From a virus (lineage: Duplodnaviria; Heunggongvirae; Uroviricota; Caudoviricetes), in IMG/VR virus record IMGVR_UViG_3300034107_000364: a DNA stretch of 64,000 nucleotides; one strand, 5' to 3'. Below the pieces are notes generated by a model. The model was not told the origin of the DNA. It ran no database searches and worked only from the letters and a program-made list of their open reading frames with translations. Shown here piece after piece: positions 1 to 8,221 of the stretch (positions are counted from its first letter, which is position 1; every line of letters begins with the position of its first letter). Both the position numbers and the translations under genes were made by a program.

Positions 1-839
1 CTAATGGTAACGATGGAACTAATGGTTTAGACGGTACAAATGGTACTTCTGGAATCGATGGAATTCAAGGTGCTAATGGAAACGATGGTACATCTGGAAT
101 CGATGGTTTAAACGGAACATCAGGTATTGATGGAATTCAAGGTGCTAATGGAAACGATGGTACATCTGGAATCGATGGTTTAAACGGAACATCAGGAATT
201 GATGGTTTAAATGGTACATCTGGAATCGATGGTTTACAAGGTGCTAATGGAAACGATGGAACTAATGGTACTTCAGGTATTGATGGAACAAGTGGTTTTG
301 ATGGTACTTCAGGTATTGATGGTGCTAATGGAAACGACGGAACAAATGGTTTAGATGGTACTTCTGGAATCGATGGTATTAATGGTACATCTGGAATCGA
401 TGGAGTACAAGGTGCTCCAGGTAATGATGGAACAAATGCTACTGGAGCTATAGTTGCTTATAAAATTAAAGTTAACACATTATCTGGTAGTATAGATGCT
501 ACTACACCTATCGCAAACGTGTATGCACCTAATGGTACAGAAATATACAATAGTGCATCAGGTTGGTTAGTTAGTGGTTGGAATATTGCAAAATCAAGCA
601 ATAACCTAACACTTACACATCCTTTAGGAAAACCAGTTTTAATGGGTTCTACTACGGCAAGAGATGGTGTAGGTAATTTATTTACCAAAGCTATTATAGG
701 TACTACTGCCTCTGTAAATGCAATAATAAATACAGAAAGTAATGCCTCTGTACAATTTACTGCAGTTACAACAGCAGTTGGTGTTGCAACAGGAGCTACG
801 CCTTCTTACATAATTATAACATTCTTTGTAGAATCATAA
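1..839 (+). CDS. Collagen-like fibre protein, 5'-truncated by the window edge (Gly-X-Y repeats then a globular C-terminal domain)
   Basis: The frame starting at nt 3 reads NGNDGTNGLDGTNGTSGIDGIQGANG... and stays open into the listed 519..839 ORF (same frame, no stop). Confidence 0.85.
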   Translation, partial: NGNDGTNGLDGTNGTSGIDGIQGANGNDGTSGIDGLNGTSGIDGIQGANGNDGTSGIDGLNGTSGIDGLNGTSGIDGLQGANGNDGTNGTSGIDGTSGFDGTSGIDGANGNDGTNGLDGTSGIDGINGTSGIDGVQGAPGNDGTNATGAIVAYKIKVNTLSGSIDATTPIANVYAPNGTEIYNSASGWLVSGWNIAKSSNNLTLTHPLGKPVLMGSTTARDGVGNLFTKAIIGTTASVNAIINTESNASVQFTAVTTAVGVATGATPSYIIITFFVES

Positions 840-858
840 ATAAAAACAAAATTATAAA

Positions 859-1701
859 ATGGCAACTAATCAAACGGGGAAACCAACACAATTATTAATT
901 ACTAAGATAAACTCAGGATCTTTAGTTGTAGCAGATACTATAACAGATGAAACTAGCACATTGTTCGGCTATCCTACGAAATTTCAAGTAGGTCTAACAA
1001 TCACTGTACAATCACATTCAGATGTTTCAACTCCTACACCATTTCAATATGGTGCTAGTGATATTACAGCAGGTGACTGGTTATTACAACCTTCTGGAAA
1101 AGCATATAAAATATCTTCTGTAATTTCTAGAGATGGTGATTCCAATATGGTAGTAATTATTGAAGATGTTGACAATTATATACTTTTAAGTGATGTGTCT
1201 GGTACTAGTAATAATTATCCAGATGAAGAACAAGCTGGAGTTTGTATAGAATTAGATAGCGAAGGTTTACCTATTATAGCTAATATTTCACAATTGTCGG
1301 GAGAATTACCAGATAGAGGTTATTGGATCGATGATATTATTGGAAGATTCGAAGCTACTTCAACTGCGGGTATTACTGAAGTTGGTGTAGGTACTGGAAT
1401 TGACTTAAATAAAGTTTCAACAATAACTGAAGCTGATGGTGATTCAACAGGAATTGCAATAACTTTTACTCCGTTTCATGATTCAATTGTAACGGTTAAA
1501 GTAAATGGTGTAGAAATTAATTTAGGTGACGGAGTTAAAACCGAAGCTGCTTATTTTTCTAACGATGCAGGTTCAACTGCAAGATCTATAGCAAATATTG
1601 CAGCTAATGATTTACTTTACTGGAACGGTTCAATTGCAGGCTACGAGTTAGACGCAACCGACGATATCGATATTTCTTACCAAAAATCAAGCTTAGATTA
1701 A
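859..1701 (+). CDS. Putative virion structural/fibre-associated protein
   Basis: 280-aa ORF in the fibre cluster; its C-terminal VKVNGV...GYELDATDDIDISY domain resembles the C-terminus of 1832..3259. Confidence 0.6.
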   Translation: MATNQTGKPTQLLITKINSGSLVVADTITDETSTLFGYPTKFQVGLTITVQSHSDVSTPTPFQYGASDITAGDWLLQPSGKAYKISSVISRDGDSNMVVIIEDVDNYILLSDVSGTSNNYPDEEQAGVCIELDSEGLPIIANISQLSGELPDRGYWIDDIIGRFEATSTAGITEVGVGTGIDLNKVSTITEADGDSTGIAITFTPFHDSIVTVKVNGVEINLGDGVKTEAAYFSNDAGSTARSIANIAANDLLYWNGSIAGYELDATDDIDISYQKSSLD

Positions 1702-1734
1702 TATATTATAAAATATATAAAATAAAATAAAATT

Positions 1735-1771
1735 AAAACGCTGGGTATACCAAATATACTCAGCGTTTTTT
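1735..1771 (+). terminator. Intrinsic terminator
   Basis: AAAACGCTGGGTATA-ccaaa-TATACTCAGCGTTTT hairpin followed by a T-run. Confidence 0.75.
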
Positions 1772-1831
1772 ATATATAATACAGAAGGTCAATAATGACC
1801 TTTAGGCCTAAAAATATCTATATAAAAAATT

Positions 1832-3259
1832 ATGGCACAATTAAAAGTAAAACAAATTTCGGATTTCGTATCAGCGGTTGGAACTATCCACAATGCTACG
1901 GTTGGAACTGCTAACACTACAGCGATTTCAGTTGCAAAATCTGAAGCATTAGTTGCAGCTCAATCTGCTGACACTGTGTTAGCTACTACGGTTTCTACTA
2001 ACTTGTCTGGAGCTATCGCTACAGAAGTTTCTGGAAGAAACAGTGCAATTGCTACTGCAAAAACTGAAGCTATCGATGCTGCAGAATCTAAAGATGTGTT
2101 AAGAGCTGCTACTGCAGTATCTAACATTGCTACTGCAAAAACTGAAGCTATCGATGCTGCTGAATCTAAAGACGTGTTAAGAGCTGCAACTGCAGTAACT
2201 AACATTGCAAATGCAAAATCTGAAGCTATCGCTTCTGCTGAAGCTAAAGATGTTGCAAGAGCTACTACTACTGCTTCTAACTTATCTGGAGCTATCTCTA
2301 CAGAAGTTGTAGACAGAAACTCTGCTATTTCAGTTGCAAAATCTGGAGCTATCTCTTCTGCATTTTCTGCTGATGTTGTATTAAGTTCTGCGGTTTCTTC
2401 TGCTATTGCTACGGTTGATGGTAGAGTAACAACTTTATTAGGTGGTTCTACAGCTGCATTAGACACTTTTGGTGAAATCAAAGGATTTATTGATTCATTA
2501 GCTTCTGCTGACGTTACAGTATTTGCTGCAATTTCTACTGCTGTTTCTAATGACGCGGTTCATGCTTCTGCAATTTCTGCTAACTCTAGTGCAATCGCAA
2601 GTGTAAACACATCTGCACAGACTTTCGCTAATACAGCTGAATCTAATGCTATCGCTTCTGCGGAATCTAAAGACGTGTTAAGAGCTGCTACAGCGGTATC
2701 TAACATTGCAACTGCAAAATCTGAAGCTATCGCTTCTGCGTTATCTTCTGCGGAATCTAAAGACGTTGTAAGAGCTGCAGATGCTGTAAGTAACATTTCA
2801 ACTGCAAAATCTGAAGCTATCGCTTCTGCGTTATCTTCTGCTGAAGCTAAAGACGTTGCAAGAGCTACTACCACAGCAACTAACATTGCAACTGCAAAAT
2901 CTGAAGCTATCGCTTCTGGAGTAACTAGTATTGCAACTGCAAAATCTGAAGCTATCGCTTCTGCTGTATCTTCTGCTACTGTATTAACTAATGCATTAGA
3001 CGCTAGAATCGATACACTTGAAGGACAAGACATTGTTCAACAAATTGGTACTTTCGTTAGTGGAACTTCATTTAGCGTTGTTAATCCAGTTAAAACTGGT
3101 GACTTAGGAGTAAAAGTATTCATTAATGGTTTACAAATTCATGCTAACGCTTCTGGTGATGGTTACACAACAGCAGACGGTAGAACATTTACCTTAGTTA
3201 CTTTAGGTTATGTTATCGATGCTAACGATCATATCGTTGTATACGGTGTAAATGCATAA
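1832..3259 (+). CDS. Ala-rich repeat (coiled-coil-like) fibre protein
   Basis: Repeats AKSEAIASA..ESKDVLRAATAVSNIATAK; N-terminus MAQLKVKQI. Confidence 0.75.
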   Translation: MAQLKVKQISDFVSAVGTIHNATVGTANTTAISVAKSEALVAAQSADTVLATTVSTNLSGAIATEVSGRNSAIATAKTEAIDAAESKDVLRAATAVSNIATAKTEAIDAAESKDVLRAATAVTNIANAKSEAIASAEAKDVARATTTASNLSGAISTEVVDRNSAISVAKSGAISSAFSADVVLSSAVSSAIATVDGRVTTLLGGSTAALDTFGEIKGFIDSLASADVTVFAAISTAVSNDAVHASAISANSSAIASVNTSAQTFANTAESNAIASAESKDVLRAATAVSNIATAKSEAIASALSSAESKDVVRAADAVSNISTAKSEAIASALSSAEAKDVARATTTATNIATAKSEAIASGVTSIATAKSEAIASAVSSATVLTNALDARIDTLEGQDIVQQIGTFVSGTSFSVVNPVKTGDLGVKVFINGLQIHANASGDGYTTADGRTFTLVTLGYVIDANDHIVVYGVNA

Positions 3260-3284
3260 TTAATTAATTAATTTTGTTTAAACT

Positions 3285-3314
3285 AAAGGGTCAGCTTAAG
3301 CTGACCCTTTTTTT
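3285..3314 (+). terminator. Intrinsic terminator
   Basis: AAAGGGTCAGC-TTAA-GCTGACCCTTT perfect hairpin plus T-run. Confidence 0.85.
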
Positions 3315-3345
3315 ATGAATATATAATAAAAATAAAACTAGAAAT

Positions 3346-4545
3346 ATGAATATTGGTATTACAATTCACTTGTCAACAGAAAACGAAAGCATTTGGATAA
3401 ATGGTATTAAATTAAATGCTCTTTATTTACTTAAGGCTTTAAAAGAAATAGGTTATAATGTATACATATTAAATGCAAGTGAAGTTCAAGCACCTTATGA
3501 AGGTAAAATTGCATGGGATATAAATGAATTTCCAATATATGATTATAAAGAAAAAGCAAACGATACCGATTTAATGATATGGTTGGGTGCTACATATTCT
3601 GATCAAGATATTTTAGATTTTAAAAAGACTGGACCCAATAAAAAGGTTGTAAAATATGTATGTGGTAATAATTATATGAATGATGCCGAACATGTGATAT
3701 TTAACAATCCCGGAGCCGCCGGATATAATCAAGAAATTGACGAGATATGGTATGTACCGCAGCAAGAAGAATTAAATAGAGAATATTATAGAGTATTACA
3801 TAATTTACCTGCAAGTAAAGTTAGACCAGTTCCATTTATATGGGATCCTGTATTTTTAGATATAACTTCTGAAAAATATAACAATTCTGAAGTTATAGAA
3901 AAAGGATTACCAATTCCAATATACAAACCCGGGAAAGCAAATGAAGAAAAACAATTAGCATGTTTTGAACCTAATATTGGTATTCAAAAATGGCATATTA
4001 ATAACTTATTAATAGCTGAAGATTATTTAAATTCAGGTGGAAAGTTTAGTAGATTAAACATTATATGTGGAGATAAACTTTTACATAGTGAATATTACAC
4101 ATCAGTGATTAAACATACTACTATTTTTAATACAGATCCTATTAAACTTACATATTTACCAAGACTAATGGCTATTGATGCACTTGCTCAATTTGCAGAT
4201 ATTGTAATTGCACATCAATTATCAAATCCTCTTAACTACTCATACCTGGATGCACTTTATTTACAGTTTCCGTTAGTACATAATGCGCCAATGATTAAGG
4301 ACGCCGGATATTATTATTCAGGTAATAGTATAGGTATGGGAGCTAGACAACTGAAACTGGCAATAGAACAACATGACAACAATATAGAAGAATACACTGA
4401 AAGAAGTGAGAAAGTTCTAACACGATACACCATATTCAATGAAGGTTTATTAGAGACTTATAAGCAATTAATTGAAACTACGATGGGAATTAAAGATCAT
4501 AAGTTGGGTTCTATATATGATTGGTCAACTAATCTATATAAATAA
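3346..4545 (+). CDS. DUF2827-like putative glycosyltransferase
   Basis: MNIGIT...IWINGI..N N-terminus and HQ..NPLNYSYLDALY..FPLVHN C-terminal motif recalled for DUF2827. Confidence 0.65.
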   Translation: MNIGITIHLSTENESIWINGIKLNALYLLKALKEIGYNVYILNASEVQAPYEGKIAWDINEFPIYDYKEKANDTDLMIWLGATYSDQDILDFKKTGPNKKVVKYVCGNNYMNDAEHVIFNNPGAAGYNQEIDEIWYVPQQEELNREYYRVLHNLPASKVRPVPFIWDPVFLDITSEKYNNSEVIEKGLPIPIYKPGKANEEKQLACFEPNIGIQKWHINNLLIAEDYLNSGGKFSRLNIICGDKLLHSEYYTSVIKHTTIFNTDPIKLTYLPRLMAIDALAQFADIVIAHQLSNPLNYSYLDALYLQFPLVHNAPMIKDAGYYYSGNSIGMGARQLKLAIEQHDNNIEEYTERSEKVLTRYTIFNEGLLETYKQLIETTMGIKDHKLGSIYDWSTNLYK

Positions 4546-4548
4546 GAT

Positions 4549-5154
4549 ATGTCTATTAACACAAATAAGATAATTTTTAAAAGATTAGTACGAGAATATG
4601 AATTTCTAATAGAAGATCTAAAAGATATTGAAGTTGCGAACTCTGAAATAAAAGATTCGTTTATGAAGTCACTATCAGATATTGATGAGACTGGTATTTT
4701 AGAGACTGAACAAATGGACTCTATGGCAAATGATTGGGCTCGTAGTGTAAAAGATCTTGAAGACGAAGAAAAGGAATCTAATAAACATCCAGATTTTAAA
4801 AGCTTATTTAGAAAGGTAGTCATAAGATGTCATCCTGATAAATTACCAACTGATTTAACTGAAGTTAAATCAAATGAATATAAAGCTATTTATGAAGACT
4901 CGGTAGATGCTAATGAAACTGAAGATTGGGCTAAATTAATTAGATGTGCTATTAAATTAGAAATTGAATTACCGGAATCTGCATACGATCAAATAGAATC
5001 TATCGAAAATAGTATTAATAAGTTAAAAGAAAAACAGAATAATATATTATCTTCTACTGCATGGGCTTGGTATAAAACAAACGACAGTGATACCAAATTA
5101 GACATTTTAAAGCAACATTTAAATTTCATGGATCTTTTGACCAGAAAAAAATAA
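4549..5154 (+). CDS. J-domain-like protein (HPD motif, internal)
   Basis: FKSLFRKVVIRCHPDKL motif flanked by helical segments. Confidence 0.6.
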   Translation: MSINTNKIIFKRLVREYEFLIEDLKDIEVANSEIKDSFMKSLSDIDETGILETEQMDSMANDWARSVKDLEDEEKESNKHPDFKSLFRKVVIRCHPDKLPTDLTEVKSNEYKAIYEDSVDANETEDWAKLIRCAIKLEIELPESAYDQIESIENSINKLKEKQNNILSSTAWAWYKTNDSDTKLDILKQHLNFMDLLTRKK

Positions 5155-5242
5155 TATTTTTTAAACTATATCCCCCAGTCAATTATTGAGTCTAACAATA
5201 AAGGATATATAATAATATAAACGAAAAAAGAATATACCATTC

Positions 5243-8194
5243 ATGTCTCAACTGAAACTAAAACAAATTCTTGAATTCCTATCTACATCACCAGCTACCG
5301 GTGACGTTTTAATGTATAATTCAAGCACTGGTAAATATGCAAACGCAGCATTGCCAAACACATTTGGATTACCATATAAATATAGTAATTCTACATCTGG
5401 TTTGGTAGCATCAGGTTTTTTAAGATTTAATAATATAGTTACGCCTACATCTCTTGTTATAAGTGAAACAAGCTCTAAAAGTCTTAGTGCTACAATTTCA
5501 TTAGATGCTATGACACTTTCTACTAATAATAGAAAGTCAATCATCGTTATTACAAGTGCAACCAATGGCAATATCTACAAAACATTTTACGTAAATAGTG
5601 TAACTCTAGGATCAGGTGAAAGAACGCTTGCTTTAGAACCTATAGCAAGTTCAAACTGGTCATCGTTAGTTAATAATGATGACTTATTCATGTTTATTCT
5701 ACCTATTGGTGACAGAGGAACTTCAGGAACTAATGGAACGAATGGTACTTCAGGAACGAATGGTAGTTCTGGTACTAATGGAACGAATGGAACTAGCGGT
5801 ACTAATGGTACATCTGGAACTAATGGTACTTCAGGAACGAATGGAACTAATGGTACTTCAGGAACGAATGGAACTAGTGGAACGAATGGTAGTTCTGGTT
5901 CAAGCGGAACTAATGGAACTAGTGGAACGAATGGTACTTCAGGTATCAAAGGTGTAACTGGAACGAATGCTGTAATTAGTATAGATCCTACTGTAACAGG
6001 TTTAGAAGGTACTCCTGCCAATGTCGTTAATATGGGTACTGAAAGTAATGCGATATTGAAATTCACAATTCCAGTAGGTGCAACAGGTTTAAAGGGTGCT
6101 CCAGGTACATCAGGTTCAAGTGGAACTAACGGTACATCTGGAACGAATGGATCTTCTGGTTCAAGTGGAACTAACGGTACATCTGGAACGAATGGATCTT
6201 CAGGTACAAATGGTACTAATGGATCTTCAGGAACTAACGGTACATCTGGAACTAATGGTACTTCAGGTGCTAAAGGTGCTCCTGGAACTTCTGGAACTAA
6301 TGGTACAAATGGAACTTCAGGAACTAATGGAACTTCAGGAACTAATGGTTCAAGTGGAACTAATGGAACTAATGGAACTTCAGGAACTAATGGTTCAAGT
6401 GGAACTAATGGAACTTCAGGAACTAATGGTTCAAGTGGAACTAATGGAACTAATGGAACTTCAGGTACGAATGGTACATCTGGAACTAATGGAACTTCTG
6501 GAACTAATGGTACAAATGGAACTTCAGGAACTAATGGAACTTCAGGAACTAATGGAACTTCAGGTACGAATGGTACATCTGGAACTAATGGATCTTCTGG
6601 AACTAATGGTACTAATGGAACTTCAGGAACTAACGGTACATCTGGAACGAATGGATCTTCAGGAACTAACGGTACATCTGGAACGAATGGATCTTCTGGT
6701 TCAAGTGGTACTAATGGAACTTCAGGTACAAATGGTACATCTGGAACTAATGGAACATCTGGTTCTTCTGGAACGAATGGAACTTCAGGTACAAATGGTA
6801 CTAATGGTACTTCAGGAACTAATGGAACTTCAGGAACTAATGGATCTTCAGGAACAAACGGTACGAATGGAACTTCAGGTACAAATGGTACATCTGGAAC
6901 TAATGGAACTTCAGGTATTAAAGGTCAAAAGGGTGAAATAGGTGTACAAGGAAATCCAGGTTGGGGCGTTACAATGCAAGGACAAGTTGCAACTTCTTTA
7001 TTATTACCAACACAAGGTAATTTAAATGGAGATGCATATATTGTACAAGCAGATGATTCACTTTGGATATGGACTTCAACAGACGGATGGATGGGAGGCG
7101 GTTCTATTCAAGGACCTCAAGGTAATACTGGTACTAATGGAACTAGTGGAACAAATGGTTCAAGTGGAACTAACGGTACATCTGGAACTAATGGAACTTC
7201 AGGAACTAATGGTAGTTCAGGTTCAAGTGGAACAAATGGAACTTCTGGTACAAATGGAACTTCAGGTGCTAAAGGTGCTCCTGGAACTTCAGGAACTAAT
7301 GGTTCAAGTGGTACTAATGGTAGTTCAGGTTCAAGTGGAACTAACGGAACTTCAGGAACTAATGGTACATCAGGAACTAATGGTACATCAGGTACAAATG
7401 GATCTTCAGGTTCAAGTGGAACTAATGGATCTTCAGGAACTAATGGAACAAGTGGTACTAATGGATCTTCAGGAACTAATGGAACAAATGGATCTTCAGG
7501 AACTAACGGTACTTCAGGAACTAATGGAACAAGTGGTACTAATGGATCTTCAGGAACTAACGGTACAAATGGATCTTCAGGAACTAACGGTACTTCAGGA
7601 ACGAATGGTAGTTCTGGTTCTTCTGGAACTAATGGAACAAGTGGTACTAATGGAACTAGCGGAACTAATGGTTCTTCAGGAACTAATGGTACAAACGGAT
7701 CTTCAGGAACTAATGGAACTAATGGTTCTTCAGGAACTAATGGTACAAACGGATCTTCAGGTGTAAAAGGTGATACCGGTACTTCTAACGCATATGCTAC
7801 GGCAATGAATCAAGATACTAAAACTGATTCAAATGTTCAATTTAATGATGTAATTATTACAAGAGCAGAAAAGGTGAGAATTATCACAGTCACTGGTGCA
7901 GGAGGCATATACAATGTTTCTCCAGATTTAGGTAATATATTTCAAATTACAGGTGGAGCAACTGCTGCAATAACTATGACTCCTGTTGGAGCTACTAATT
8001 ATGGACAATCAGGAACTATCATACTTGTAAATGGACCAAGTGGAACTACGTGGTCACAGTTACCAGCAAACATGTTAACACCATCTGGAGCAGATATTAA
8101 TTTTGTAACTGCACCAAATCTAGTATCAGTAATATCATTCATAATAAATAATAGCGGTCAAGTATTATGTAACTATGTAGGACATTTCGCATAA
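5243..8194 (+). CDS. Collagen-like tail/appendage fibre (GTN/GTS/GSS repeats)
   Basis: Long Gly-X-Y tracts interrupted by small globular domains; C-terminal fibre-type domain. Confidence 0.85.
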   Translation: MSQLKLKQILEFLSTSPATGDVLMYNSSTGKYANAALPNTFGLPYKYSNSTSGLVASGFLRFNNIVTPTSLVISETSSKSLSATISLDAMTLSTNNRKSIIVITSATNGNIYKTFYVNSVTLGSGERTLALEPIASSNWSSLVNNDDLFMFILPIGDRGTSGTNGTNGTSGTNGSSGTNGTNGTSGTNGTSGTNGTSGTNGTNGTSGTNGTSGTNGSSGSSGTNGTSGTNGTSGIKGVTGTNAVISIDPTVTGLEGTPANVVNMGTESNAILKFTIPVGATGLKGAPGTSGSSGTNGTSGTNGSSGSSGTNGTSGTNGSSGTNGTNGSSGTNGTSGTNGTSGAKGAPGTSGTNGTNGTSGTNGTSGTNGSSGTNGTNGTSGTNGSSGTNGTSGTNGSSGTNGTNGTSGTNGTSGTNGTSGTNGTNGTSGTNGTSGTNGTSGTNGTSGTNGSSGTNGTNGTSGTNGTSGTNGSSGTNGTSGTNGSSGSSGTNGTSGTNGTSGTNGTSGSSGTNGTSGTNGTNGTSGTNGTSGTNGSSGTNGTNGTSGTNGTSGTNGTSGIKGQKGEIGVQGNPGWGVTMQGQVATSLLLPTQGNLNGDAYIVQADDSLWIWTSTDGWMGGGSIQGPQGNTGTNGTSGTNGSSGTNGTSGTNGTSGTNGSSGSSGTNGTSGTNGTSGAKGAPGTSGTNGSSGTNGSSGSSGTNGTSGTNGTSGTNGTSGTNGSSGSSGTNGSSGTNGTSGTNGSSGTNGTNGSSGTNGTSGTNGTSGTNGSSGTNGTNGSSGTNGTSGTNGSSGSSGTNGTSGTNGTSGTNGSSGTNGTNGSSGTNGTNGSSGTNGTNGSSGVKGDTGTSNAYATAMNQDTKTDSNVQFNDVIITRAEKVRIITVTGAGGIYNVSPDLGNIFQITGGATAAITMTPVGATNYGQSGTIILVNGPSGTTWSQLPANMLTPSGADINFVTAPNLVSVISFIINNSGQVLCNYVGHFA
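5717..7770 (+). repeat. Degenerate 9-bp-unit coding repeat (GGAACTAAT/GGTACTTCA)
   Basis: Tandem triplet-codon repeats encoding GTN/GTS/GSS. Confidence 0.85.
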
Positions 8195-8221
8195 TAAAAA
8201 GAATATAAAGAATATAACAAT

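Noticed and set aside
1960-3033. Minus-strand ORFs of 173 and 157 aa
   Set aside because: Antisense shadows of the Ala-rich repeat gene; the same applies to most other listed minus-strand ORFs
5587-7766. Alternative-frame and antisense ORFs (MELQELMV..., VPLVP...) over the collagen gene
   Set aside because: These are shadows of the 9-bp coding repeat with no independent signals
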